A stretch of 64,000 nucleotides of DNA from Parasitella parasitica NRRL 2501 (taxonomy: Eukaryota; Fungi; Mucoromycota), in NCBI GenBank assembly GCA_025201805.1, contig MU619353.1, positions 39,867 to 103,866 of the forward strand, written 5' to 3'. The notes beneath the pieces are model-generated. The model saw nothing but the letters and a program-made list of their open reading frames with translations. It searched no databases and was not told the origin of the DNA. The position numbers and the translations under genes are program-made. Below are positions 31,856 to 45,292 of the stretch, piece after piece. Every line of letters begins with the position of its first letter. Position 1 is the first letter of the stretch.

Positions 31856-32859
31856 TTACATTATTATCACCAACACTAGTAAAATGATGAGTACAATAAT
31901 AAGACAGCATATACAGTAGCCGGATTTTGATTCTATTTTCCACAGTTTATTCAGTACATGATATGTCACATTTTTCCACAACAATACCTTCTTCCTTCTT
32001 CAAAATCGTTGTAACCCTGCGCATTGCATTTTTCAATCTTCCTTCTGAACGATCTACATGATCACCCAAATCGTCCAACAGACTAAATATGGCTTAGTGT
32101 GAACTCTTTTGGACGCTGCTGCTCAAGCTTTTCTATACGTTACATGACTTGGTCGTCGATTTCTCTGTTCATTGTACCTGCAATTTCCTTTAAATTCACC
32201 AGAGTTCCTCCCATTGCTTCTAAATGTTGGTCTTGATTTTGCATAAGCATCTAGCCAAATATTAAATTTCCATGTCAATCTGATCAGACTGGGTAGTACT
32301 CTTACCATTTGCTGTTGCTGTTCATTTTCAATAAATATACTATTATCGTTTTGCCGTGCTGTGTGATATGAACTTGCACCATTTGGTGACTAATGTCGAG
32401 TTAGTATAGCATTCAATTCGTCCATTCATTCCATTCATACCTGACTACTAGACGGTGAGTATTGTTTTTTACTAGGGGGGTTCGCTAACGTATTACGAAT
32501 AGCTTGGATATTGTTGCGAGACGTGGTCAAGAACTTTTTCCGAGCATTCAAATCTTTTGCAGTCAGGTTAAACTGCTGAGGATTTTGCTGCACAGCTTGT
32601 AAAGCCTCCTCCAAGTCTTCTATGTCTTGCTCTATGGCTTCTAAAGTCGAGTTGAGTTCATCGGCTGTCCATAATAGCTCTTGGTTTTGTGGTGAGGAAA
32701 CTGTTTGTTGGATACGCTTCCAAGATTCAAACAAATTTTTTGCATTTACAAGAGCTTCTTCAACTTGACTAGCGCAATGCTTCGTTAGTTGTTTTCATTC
32801 CATGTTTTTTAGTCATCTAAGAAATACCTTTTAACAATAAGAAAAGGGTCTTGGTCCAT
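31856..32859 (-). CDS. TLG1: Qc-SNARE, syntaxin-6/Tlg1-like, multi-exon
   Basis: MDQDPFLIVK...QVEEALVNAKNLFESW (syntaxin-6 N domain); SNARE motif ...LLDDLGDHVDRSEGRLKNAMRRV; C-terminal TM YCICCLIIVLIILLVLVIIM*. Confidence 0.88.
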
Positions 32860-33062
32860 TTTTATTGTACAGTATTTGCATTACACGCGAGAAACATGCT
32901 TGGGTTTTAGCGAATTTGCTCAAATTATAAGTGTGCACTCGAAAACCCCGCTTTAAGAATGTCATGGGAGACCTACAACCCTCTAAATAAAGTTATTGGG
33001 ATGAACATAGGTATTGCTTTGGAGAAATGGATTTTTGATAGATTGGCCTGCTTTGTCCTCTG

Positions 33063-33095
<33 letters not shown>

Positions 33096-33788
33096 TAGTT
33101 GATTTTATACATTCATAAAAAAAAACTCTAGTACAAAGAAGTGTTTGTATAGCGTTATAATCTCAAAGCAAGAACTGCATATGTTTACCAATTGTGTTGA
33201 AAATCGTTTTGACAAAAGAATTGCGCTTCGCTTTGTGAGTAAAGATCCTCGACATAGAATTTTATATTTCACATCAAGTGGCAGCCAGCGACATTAAACT
33301 AACTACAACATAATGTAGGTCAAATGGAAATAAAGTTATTTGATTTATATTTCAAAGCAAAGGATAGTAATTTTATCGTGTCTACCTTTTATGATTTGAA
33401 CTGTCAATACGTGATCACTCTTACAAGTGTAAATGTAATCCCAAGCATTAGTGGCTACACATATACCGTCTAAAATCATGAGTATGTTAAAGGTTTTTTT
33501 TAAAAATTATGTACATGATTGGTATAGGTGACAATATTTGTAACAAACGTTAGAAAATCCTTACGTTAGATCATAGAATATGCTTCCTAGTCGACCATAA
33601 GAGATGGTACAATATGACCTACCTCCAACTACTGTTTTGTGCGGCGACATTCAAAGGTAGTTGCCATGATGATCCGGCAAAAAGGGTGCCGGGTCCTTAT
33701 CGAACCATGCGTCACACAGACAAGACACTCAATACGCCAACAAACCCAAACTTCATTGGAAACTGTACGATTCTATACATCTTATACA

Positions 33789-36700
33789 ATGGCACCCTTC
33801 TACGCCGTAAAGTCAGATAACGTTCTCAAAAGAGTCGAAGGTTAGATTAAATTAGATGGATGAACTGAAAATACTAGAATTTAGATGGATTAACATTTCA
33901 AGAATAGAACTTCAATCTGTTGGACAAGATGAAGCGGCTTTACAAGCTCTTCACGATGTAGTGCTCTCCAAACGCTCTCGTAGCAACCCTATCACTGTCA
34001 TGGAGCCTATTATGCTCAAGTACGTTGAGCTCTGCGTGGAGCTCAAGAAGGGCAAGATGGTTAAGGAAGGTCTACACCAATACCGAAATATTGCACAAAA
34101 TACCAGCGTCAACTCTATCGAAATTATTATCAACAAGATGCTTTCTCTTGCTGAAGAAAAAGTTGCTGAAGCTCGTGCCAAAGCTGATAAAATTGCAGTT
34201 GACGTTGATGATTTAGAAGCATCCGAAACTCCCGAATCCATCATGTTAAGCACTGTTTCTGGCGACCAGAGCAAGGACAGAACTGATCGAGCCGTTGTGA
34301 CCCCATGGCTCAAGTTTTTGTGGGAAGCTTATCGCACCGTTCTCGACATTATGAGAAACAATTCTCGTTTAGAAACCCTCTATAACGCTGTTACTCTCAA
34401 AGCATTCCAATTCTGTTTGACCTACGACCGCAAGACTGAATTCCGTCGACTTTGTGAAATTCTTCGTAACCATTTCTTGAACGTTGCAAAATATTCTCAC
34501 CAGCCTCATGCCGTCAACTTGAATGATCCCGAGACTCTCCAAGCTTACTTGGAATCTCGTTTTGCTCAGTTAAATGCTGCTGCTGAATTGGAACTATGGC
34601 AAGAAGCTTTCAAGTCTGTTGAAGACATTCACACCTTATTGACCACTTCCAAGCGTCCTCCCAAGCCTGTTATGATGGCCAACTACTATGAAAAACTTAC
34701 CAAGATCTTCATGGTTTCTGACGACTATTTGTTCCACTCTGCTGCTTGGAACAGATTCTCTGCAATTGAGCGTGTCGTGAACAAGAACTTGACCGATGAC
34801 CAACAATCTCGCATGGCATCTATTGTTTTGTTATCTGCTCTAGCCATTCCTATAATCACCACAACCAAAACTCGCCCTGGATACGTTGAAGCTGATGAAT
34901 ACCGTGTTCAAAAGCTGAACCGCCTGTCTCTGCTTATGGGCCTGAGTGCTCATCCCACGCGCACCGGTCTGTTAAAGGAAGCTCTCAACAAGAACATCTT
35001 GTCCCGTGTTCGCCCTGAGATCCGTGATCTTTACAACATCCTCGAAGTCCAATTCCACCCCTTATCCATTTGCAAAAAGATCAACCCTATCGTCACCAAG
35101 ATTTCTGAAGATCGTGATTTAGCAAAGTATGTTCGTCCTCTTCATCAAGTCATCTTGACCCGTCTTTTGCAACAACTTTCTCAAGTCTACACCACTGTCA
35201 AGCTCGACTTTGTGTTGAACCTTGCTTCTTTCCCTGCCCCTTTCAATTACGATGCTGCTACCATTGAAAAGTTCATCATGAACGGCTGTAAGCGTGGAGA
35301 ACTCAGTATTCGCATTGATCATGCTTCTCAAAGTCTCATTTTCGAGACGGATCTTTTTGCTCCTCCCAAGGATACTGTTACTGAAGGTATCCAGTTGCAA
35401 TCTTCCCCTGCTGACTTGATGCGCACACAATTGTCTCGTCTTGGTGTCAGCTTGCATGCAGTTGTTCAAATGATCGATCCATCCGTCAAGGAAAGTGCCG
35501 TCAAGGCCAAACAAGAAGTTGTCCAACGTGCTTTAGCTGGTGCAGAACAAGAACACAAGCAAGCTTTGGCTCGTAAGGTGATCATTGAACGTCGCAAGGA
35601 AGTTATTGAAACTGAAAATGCTCGCAAAGAGAAGCAAGCTGCACAAGAAAAGGCTGCCATTGCTGCCAAGAAAGCTGAAATCGAGAAGAAGCGTGTTGAA
35701 GAAGAAGTCAAGCGCCGTGAAGAAGAGCGTCTTAAGCGCATCCAAGATGAAATTCAGCGTGATCAAGCTAAGCGTATTGCTGAGGAAATCAGTAGCAAGA
35801 CTGGTTTGCAATTGAAGCCTGAGGAAATTGAACAATCTGATGTGAAGACCTTATTAGACCTGAAGGTATCTCGACTTCAAACTGAGCAAAAGGAATTAAG
35901 TGATCGTCTTAAGCAAATCAGCAAACGTATTGACCATACTGAACGTGCCTACCGAAAGGAAGAAATTCCTCTTTTGGAGAAGGATTATGAACAACAACAA
36001 AAGACTGATAAAGCATTCTATGAAGCATCTCGTAAGGCTGAATTAGCGGCTTCCAGGGCCAAGTTTGAGGAGAGCATGAAGCTCAAGAAACGTTTCTCTC
36101 GAATTATTGTTGATTTTAGAACCTACAAGTCTAGGGTTGAAGCTGCCCGTAAAGAAGCGACTGATGCCAAGCGCAAGATTGCCAATGAAGCTATCGAAAA
36201 GATGAAACAAGAAAGAATTGCTGCTTGGCGCGAAAAGAAGGCTGAAGCGGATGAACTTTGTAGACAAGAAGAAGCTGAGAAAGCTCGTCGTGAACAAGAA
36301 GAACGCGAAGCTGCTGAAGCTGCCGAACGTGCGCGTATCGAAAAAGAAGCTAAGCTTGCCAAGGAGAAGGAGGCCTATGCCAAAGAGAAAGAGAAACTTG
36401 ATGCAATTGCCAGGAAGCAGCGTGAACGTGAAGAGGAAATCGAGCGCAAGGCTTCTCTAGCAAAGTCTAATCCTTCTCCTGCGAAGGGTGTCTATGTTCC
36501 CCCAGCTGCTCGTAATGCGGAAACTGGTGGATGGAGATCTCGTGAGGCTGGTCGTTCAGCTTCGTCTTCATCCTTTGACCGTTCTGATAACGGTGAATGG
36601 CGTAACGTCACCCGTGGCAGTAACAATGATCGTTACTCTCGTGATTCTGATCGTCGTGAAGGTAGTTTTGGTCGTAATTTCGGTGATCGCAGTTCTGGTG

Positions 36701-36828
36701 GAGATCGTGAACGTCATGAAGGCAGTGGCTTCGGTGGTAACCGTCGTGAAGGTAACCGTGATGAACGCCCTCGTGGTGGTTATAAAGGTGCTTCTGCTGG
36801 ATCTCGCGATGTTGAGAGATCATGGTAA
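33789..36828 (+). CDS. TIF32: Translation initiation factor eIF3 subunit a, one short 5' intron
   Basis: MAPFYAVKSDNVLKRVE/ELQSVGQ...RTDRAVVTPWLKFLWEAYR...RKTEFRRLCE; PCI domain, long coiled coil, RDG-rich tail. Confidence 0.97.
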
Positions 36829-38000
36829 TTTATATCTTATGTCTTTGAAAAGAAGATACATTCTATTTTGCTCTTTTCTGTTATAATTTGGTGAATCTTG
36901 CTTTTTAATAAATCGACTCTATTGCGTTTTCTACTAATTCTCACATGAAAATCTCAATGTCTCTCAGTTGATATGATTTTATGCGTACAAAGTATTGGCA
37001 ATGCATATTAATGGCACTATTTTTAATTTACGAACCCTTTTAAGGGTCAAATGTTGATGCGGCGTTTTAGTCCTGCGCTGATTGATTCCGAGAGAGCTCT
37101 ACGGACCCAAGAATTGAAATCTCGAGCAACGTTACGTCAATGTACAGAGGCTTTAGCTTTGAGTGAATAATCCTCAAGATCGATACAAACATAACGAGTT
37201 AATGGAAGGTGATTAAAGCTTCTACGGAAAGTGTTTCTAGTGACGGATTTATACCATAATTGTAAGCATGAATATGTAAATACACAACAATGAAATGAAG
37301 GCACTGTATAAAGATATCAAAATTTGTCATACATGCAACAATGATATGTTTATCACTTCAATTTCCCCACCCCCTTCAAAGTATATTTTCACTTTAACAA
37401 TCATACACAGGTGTATTCCAGTGTCAATTATTATAAATATAAAAAGAAGGTATTACCAAATAATTGTTCCTTTCGCTATCACAGTTTGTTTGTATACGTA
37501 TATTGCTGTCTAGTTCAGAAACCAATTCACAACAAGAAGAAATATTGACCTAGCCCCTTGAAAAACCCATAATTTTAAAAAAGTTTCTTGACATTGGTCC
37601 CTCCTTTGCAGTTGATTCACCCCTGAAAGAAAACCATCCGGTACTGATTCTAGATTGTATCAAACACATTTACTGGACTAATCACATGTAACAAGCACTT
37701 TTCGAATAGCTTAGATTCAGAATTGCAATCTGATGTTCTTTCATGATTCGATTAGGATTGACCATCTAAAGTTCTCCTAAAATGAATTCCCCTTTCGTCC
37801 AATCTTTTCAATGGCTTTGTGATTTGAACCCCCCCCCACCTCCTCAACATTCCCAATTCAATCAAACCGAATAATTCGTATTATAGATCGCTTAAAAATC
37901 TTTATTTAAAGCAATATCATTCTTTTCCTTCCTTCCTTCCTCCCTTTCTCTCTCTCTATCTTTCTCTTTACCATCAAAAAATTGACACTTATACATCAGC

Positions 38001-39139
38001 ATGTTTTACAATGAGCCGTTAACTGATTGGAATCCTACGGAAACGAATCCGAATCAAGATCAAGACAACAGCAGTAGAGACAACAGCAGCAGAGACAACG
38101 TAAACAACAACAGCAACAATTTTACAGCAAATTTTTACAATCCTTTTGAGGTTAAACACAGAAAACGTACTTCTCGTGCACAATTCAAAGTACTTGAAAA
38201 GCATTTCAATAAAGATCCAAAACCGAAGGGCAGTGTCAGACAAGCATTAGCCAAAAATTTAGGAATGACACCTAGAGGTATTCAAATATGGTTCCAAAAC
38301 CGAAGAGCCAAACAAAAGAATGTAGTGAAGGCTGAGAAGGATTTAGGTCTGTCTATTCCACAACAGCAACAACGAGAACAACGTCAGCCAAATTCGCAAG
38401 ACATACTATTCGAGCTACCTACTTTCAATATGCTTCATAGCAGATCACAATCTTCATCAACGTCATCTACAAACAAGCCATGGATGAGCGATAACTCGAC
38501 GGTGAATGACGAAGAAGAAGAGTTTTCCACACTCAATACACCACCAAACAATCAATCCTCGCAATTTCTTTTGGAGCTTGCTTACGAACAACAAGAAAAT
38601 TGTGATGGCACTATGGTGCCCTTCATTAATCACCAGACAGTTGCTGCAGAGATAAAACCTGAATGTAATACTACCTCTAATTCTGGTTCCATTGCTGCTT
38701 TAAATGGTGTTACTGCTGATGGCCCTTATGGTGGTGATGCTGGTGTTAATTTGAATGCATGGCCCGAAAATTACGATGCTCAGCCATGTTTGCCAATGAC
38801 AAGCACTAATGGTATGATAAGTCATGAATTCGCCATGAGATCCTTGCCTATCAACGGGGTCACTTGTTGGGTCCAGTCCAGGCAGCCATCTAACGACTAT
38901 TTATTAGATAGTTTGTTTCATGCCAATTGTAGTGAATGTATCAATAAAAGAAGCTTTTGTTCAGCTAGCCAAGATGAGACCTACAGGGTAGGACAACAGG
39001 TAATATAATCTTTTACTGTCATATTACACATTGACTAAAAATCGTTTTTTGAAAATAGTTTGTGCGTCTTTTTTCGGATCCATTATCCGAGCTTCAACTG
39101 ATGAACTCCTTTAACAATTACTCAGCAATGAGAATGTAA
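38001..39139 (+). CDS. Homeodomain transcription factor
   Basis: FYNPFEVKHRKRTSRAQFKVLEKHF...LGMTPRGIQIWFQNRRAK. A probable 3' intron at about 38988-39058 gives a last exon ending AMRM* at 39139. Confidence 0.92.
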
Positions 39140-39816
39140 AAGACCACACTATGAATTATATGCCCCCTTTCTGCTACTTTCTGACAATATGCCACTTCCT
39201 ATGAATCTCCTTATGTTCGAAGCTTTCTTTATATGCCCTTTCAAATAACCCGGCCGGGTCACTTCTTTGGTATCGTCTTCGAGATTCTCAATTTTACTGA
39301 GTTTTCTGTTAGTTACTTCTTTCGTTCTCCTTTATCTATTTATTCCAATCTCTAGTTATTTTCAAGATTTTATATGTACATATTGTGCAAGTATATATAT
39401 ATGCATATACTTTATATCCCCATTTTATTTGATTCTCTTAATATATTTTACTGGGTAAAGCCACAGTGTTGTAATGAATTGTAACATGACGTATTGAAAT
39501 GTCAAAAGAAGGGTGCAGATGCATTTACAGCTTGTAAACTAAGAAAACTATACTGCCGAGAAATATTCTCCTCTTACCTCTTACCCCTTTTCCTTGCCTT
39601 CTTACATCTAAATGAAACCAAGTTTAAATTAATACGTATCTACGAGTTTCTGTTTAATATTGAACTGACTTCAATTTTCATGCGATTGATCGTTGGTGGC
39701 ACAACACCAAATTTCGATTCACTCACTAAAATCAAGAGCTGCTTACGGGGCTCAAGCAAACATCTCTCTCATTTTTGTTTTTCTTTCCTTCAAACGTTTT
39801 TACAAAGAAAGAAATC

Positions 39817-40815
39817 AGATGGATACCGCTTGAATCTAATCCTGATGTAAGTGATAAAAGCAGTACTCGACTTGTTTAACACGTTTCAATAAAGATATTG
39901 AACAAGGTAAATGCCGTACATCATGTGCCATGATACCTCTCTAGACTTTTGCTCTATAAGACTATCCATGATCATGGTGTTAGTCGCGAGTGGCAATTTG
40001 TAGAATTACATGGGAGCAATAAATAATTGTATAAGAATTTTATCCATTAACACAATATAGGCTTTGACGAAGATGCATCGGCCTTGATCCCAAGGCCTAC
40101 CGCAGCAATCATATTCCTGTTTCCAGGCACTCCAACATATGATAATTTCCGGAAGAAAGATGAAGCTTTCCTCGAACTTCATAAACAGAAAATGAGCGAA
40201 AAGGTTGTTCATTTCAAGCAAATAATTAGAAATGCATGTGATATGATGGCATTATTGCATTGCCTGTCAAATAATAGCCATCTCAATGGTTTTGAGTTAT
40301 CTTTAAAAATACATTGTTGCCAATGTTACTGATTACAAATATAGGAGATGGATTGTTCAAACGTATTTTTGATGCAACTCGCGAAATGACTTCTGATGAC
40401 CGAGGAGAATACTTTTAGTCATGCGCTGAGCTGGCAAGTGTACATCATGTTAGTGCTTGCTCAGGCCAAAGCCATGTGAGATTTAATTTGAAATTCATAC
40501 CAATGTTCTAGAACTAAAATTTTCGTATTGTTATGTCAAATAGACGCCTGATATTGCTGATCCTTGTACAAATCATTAAATCAGTTTTTTTGAGGTAGAT
40601 GGTGATATTTACGAATTGGATGGTGGTAGACCTTCTCCCATTAGCCATGGAAAATGCCAGGATTTTGTACAAGTATGAATATTGTAATAGCTCTGAATGA
40701 CAATGAGCTCATCTTATGAGAATAGGGTACTGTTACAATTATGAGAAAATTCGTCGCAAGGGACTTCAACAATAACCAGTTTAGTGCGATTGCGCCTGTC
40801 AAACCTAAGAAATAA
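39817..40815 (+). pseudogene. Ubiquitin C-terminal hydrolase (UCH-L3/Yuh1, peptidase C12) pseudogene
   Basis: Exons read RWIPLESNPD, IPRPTAAIIFLFP, KQIIRNACDMMALLHCLSN, RGEYF*SCAELASVH and TNH*ISFFEVDGDIYELDG. In-frame TAG at 40416-40418 and TAA at 40577-40579; no in-frame ATG seen before RWIPLE. Confidence 0.88.
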
Positions 40816-41713
40816 ATTTCCTAATATGATAGCGTCCGTAGACATTTCAAAGATGCTTCAGTTTCAGTAAATTTCGATCTTTTATCATGTATACTTCAAG
40901 AATTGAGGGCCGAGACACATACGATGCTTATTTTGACTTTTACGTTTTACTAACAATAAAATTTGTCATATCCATTATATACCTTACCTATAACCAAAAG
41001 CTATTTAATAGTTTTAATATGTTTATTATCTCGTAAGGAGATGCTAAGTTATTCAAGCAAGTCCACTTGTCATTTCGTCTAATTTTGCTTTCGCCAACGC
41101 TCCTCATATCCACTATTTGTGTGCCTGCATCCCAAAATATATGAGCAAGCTTGCTTGATTGAATTCCACGAGTTTAGCCATTTTTATGATTTGCAAAAAA
41201 AAAAAATGCTTTGGAGGACATTTAAACCATGCGATCTAACACTTTAAAAAACTTGATGTCAATCCAGCCCTTGGTAATTGATATGTTTGAAAACACGTTT
41301 CCTTGACATTAGATATGATAGATTAAATAAAATAAGAGCAGCATAAGCGAATAATCTCAGTGATGTGTCAATTTCCGAACCGGAAGACAAACTCAAGTAA
41401 ATTCAATCCTGAATACAATCCACGATCATACCCCAATGGATCATATTCCCCTATCAAAAGTTGTGCAAAAACAGTTTTATTTTTCATTATTTATCATAAA
41501 TATCAGATATTTGCTCATAGCTTTTGCTAAAATGACCGTAGAACCGCGATCTAAGTTGGAAAACTTAGCGTTGACTTGGCCCTATCTGGCAAAAATTAGA
41601 TGTTGCTTTGATCTGAGATGCGCAAGATGCCACTAAAAATGAAGTTTTAGTTGTAATAGCAATCGCAGGTGTGTATACAGTCATGTGAAAAGGAAAACAA
41701 ATACAATATTTTA

Positions 41714-43289
41714 TTATGAAGCAAATTGTTTGCTTCCTGTGCTTTCTTTGCCGCTCTCATTTGGATAAGAAAGATATGAGACTGAAGAAGAAGGTACATT
41801 CTGGACCGTCGTAAACATCTGGTTGAGCCTAGATAATTCTGAATTCACAGCACCAGTATCTGATGTTAAAGATGCTTCGTCGGGTGCCCTCTTTACTGGT
41901 AACTGTACCTGTATTGGAACAGGAGGTGGCTCTTTGCTGTAGACATGTTCGTCATATGCAAGCTGAGACAGCTCCCTTTCAATGTCATCATCATTAATAC
42001 CCGAAATGCCATTATTCCCCATCATCAATGCATCCTCTATTTCCTTCTGATCATCAAGCGCATCCTGCATCTTTTGCATAACATCGTCTACGGTCTCAAT
42101 AGAGAGTCCATCTTGTCCCAAAAGGCCTCGCAATGCGTCTGCACCCATGTTGAATGCTTGCACAACCTGGAAATCATCCTGCGCGGATTCAATCTTTATT
42201 AAAACATTGTCCATTGTCTCCATTGATCGCAATCTTTTCTTGAGAATATCTTGTAGGTTTTTTTTTCGTTTCAAGCAATACATGGCTTTTGCTGTATGCC
42301 CATTTTTCTTCTCTTCTATCGCTTGTTTTCCTAGCCTTACGTAAAAAGAAATGTTAGGCTTCTTTTGTTCATCGTTTTATGTATTCAATAGGACCATCTT
42401 ACTCTTCCGACTTCTTTTGTAGAGCATCAACTTGGACAGATAGTGCATAGCATGTTGTGCGAATGCTTACAACAGCCTCGTCGTGCTGCGTAATAGCAGT
42501 AATCTCATCTTCTCTTTGAGGGAATTTGATGACCATGTAGCTTGTGCCGTAACCTTTCACATTATCAGCCAATGCAACGCCATGCTGCGAATGCAGATAT
42601 CTCAGTACTAATGTCATGTCTGATTCTGTCAAACTAATTTTATTGACAAAGTGGTGAGCATATGCCGTTTTGAATTGTGCAAGTGTCATGATGTGTGTGT
42701 CTGTCGGATTATGGTAGTGCTGCGCAAGAATTGCCTTTGCAATTGCTTTGACAGTAGGTAAAACGACGTATTGTATAGGAGGGTGGCCCAATGATTCTGG
42801 CAGGGCCTTCCAGCGCCGTTGCCATGTATTTTTGACCACTGTATCTACTATCCAACCAAACCATGTTGCAGGTGGCGTAAACTTTTTACTAAAGTCACTT
42901 AATGGTATTAATTCCTCTTGTTTCTCCATGGTTTCCTTATCGTCAAATATCAATGTCGAGTCAACGAGAGGTAAATCACGCAAAAATCTTACCATGACAC
43001 AATCAAGTGAAAGTGGTTTTCCAATGATAGGCCGCTGAAACTTTTCAGTTAGAGTATCCCTGTCGATAACAAGAGAATATTCGGCTGTTTCCAGGTAGCC
43101 TTGCTGGCTGCAATCCAAGATCACTCGACGCCAGTACCCAATATTGGTGTCATATGCATATTTATTCAATAGCCAAAGTTTAGAAAAATCTGAGTATAGA
43201 GCCTTTAATCGCTCTGAATCTCGCTGACTAAATTCTGTGAAGTTTGATTCTAAAAATGTCTTCAGCTTAGAGTGTTTTCTATTTGCCAT
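41714..43289 (-). CDS. CHMP7: ESCRT-II/III hybrid CHMP7/Cmp7 (N-terminal winged helix plus Snf7 domain)
   Basis: RLKALYSDFSKL...YDTNIGYWRRVI N-terminus; Snf7-type AMYCLKRKKNL...IESAQDDFQVVQAFNMGADALR...VDDVMQKMQDALDDQKEIEDAL...DIERELSQL. Confidence 0.88.
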
Positions 43290-43458
43290 GATGGTATATA
43301 TGTTTTGTCGAAAGGGAAAAAAGAGGATATGAAAATAATTTTTCTGCTTTCTCTCGCTGCCTTTTGTAGGAGATCAAAATCCTGCGGAAGTAACCATTTA
43401 CCATTATTAATGCAATACTTTACGTTGGTTGTATACCATTAACTCAATTTTTATTGCA

Positions 43459-45292
43459 TTAGATAATAAAAAGTAAATTCATGTCCATCGGATGCGATGA
43501 TGATAACTGAGGTCTTTGCTGGTACCTTTGCCGTAATAGCTGTCGAATGTTATTTAATAATTGCAGATAGGACTGATTTTTGTTATGGCGTAATGCTGTT
43601 GTTATTGCCCAACTCATTGCACCTGTAGCTCTGCCCGCCTCGGAAGCATCTGCTGATGTTTGGTCGTCTTTACAGCCAGAAAACATAATAACATCTGCCG
43701 GCGAACCCTTTTGCTGTCGAAGATAAGCCTTTTTTCCTTCATTCTGTCCAAAACCACCATTCAAAATCCTTGATCCCAAAGACATGACGCTTGATATGGC
43801 TCTTGAGGGATCACCGCTTACGTATGCCAAACCTGCCTGCTTTAAATTACTGCCAGCGTCTTTTAAAAAGCTAGATTCTTTGATGGCGCCCTGAGTTGAG
43901 TATACCTATTCCAAGTAAATGGCTATCAATAACTGAATAGTGTTTATTACCTGCATTGGCAAATACTCACGTATGGCAGGTCCAAAGCAGTTCCTGAATG
44001 ACAAGAATCAAAAATAGCCGTTAATCTGCTACCGGGTGCAAGTGGCCTTACCATAATATCGTTCATCATCTAGTTATTATTCAGCAGACGAATAAAAATA
44101 GTATATTAAATAGAGAAACTTACATCATCCACAATTTGTCCATATAATGAATGATCTACTGGATAGATGGTCTCGTCGTAACCATCATCTTCGTCGCCGT
44201 CATAGTCTCTCATCTGAAGGGATATAATAAATTCATTAATAAAGTTGCAACCAAGCGCTTGGATTGACTTACTCTTCCACCATGGCCACTGAAGTGGAAA
44301 AAGAATCTATAAAATGACATGAGTATATGTGTGATTGTATTTATAATTGCGATCTAGAGTGAAAAGAAAAAAAGAGGACTTACGAATCATTCGGTCTAGA
44401 ATCCCTCACTAGCCATTGCATTGCCTCTATGATATTTCTTTTCGTTGGCACATGTCTAAGATCTCTTTGATCATCGGTCAAAATAACCATGTCTGCCTCG
44501 CGAAAATTGTACAATTGAATCAAGAACGTCTTGATATTATTGACATCGTTAATACAGCCTTTCAATTCATTTGAAGTTCCAAAATAATTGATTCCAATTA
44601 ATAATGCTCTTTTCCTCCCTTGGCCTTATATCCATAAAATTAGTTATAGTGTATACACTACGATATGAAGACAACTTACAATTAGACAATTGAAAGTTCG
44701 GCGGCGGCAAATTCCTAACTTTAGGATTGACATGCATGACAAACTCATTTGCATTAATGTTGTTTCGTTGTTGTCCATATGGCACTGAGCAAATATTAGA
44801 AAATTGCCATATTCACTTCACTTTGCCGTTTTACCTGGATTGGGTGATTGGTTATGGCTAGAATAGGGCGGTTGCGGGTAATTAGCTTGCGCTAACGTCG
44901 GGTCATGAGGAGAAAACATTGGATCTTGACGTGGTGGAGGAGGATAATGCTGTGGTACCTAAGAAAATAGTCTGTTGAGTATCTGATTTGATGGAGGGAC
45001 TTTTATTTGGGCTTACATTGCGTGAAAGAGGAGGGGGAGGGTAACTACGTCTATCTGGTAATAGGGGCGGTGGCGGATAACCTTGTTGAGGGATGGAAGG
45101 GTGACCTTGATGAACAGACGGCGGTGGATAACCTTGCATTGTGGAAGGGTAGACAATAGGCTGCTGCTGCGGATGTGGGGGAGGGAAATTATAAGGGGAG
45201 GGTGTAAACTGTTGATGCTGAGAAGGAGGGTATCCGCCAGGTTGTGGAGGAGGATATCCACCTGTGGTATATCCTGTACCAGGAAAATTCAT
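43459..45292 (-). CDS. MCA1: Type I metacaspase, multi-exon
   Basis: P/Q/Y-rich prodomain; [18 protein letters not shown], catalytic FHFSGHG and [41 protein letters not shown]. Confidence 0.96.

Noticed and set aside
40416-40579. Stop-codon reassignment or read-through as an explanation for the stops in the UCH and MFS copies
   Set aside because: TAA, TAG and TGA all act as normal stops in neighbouring intact genes, and both loci carry other lesions.
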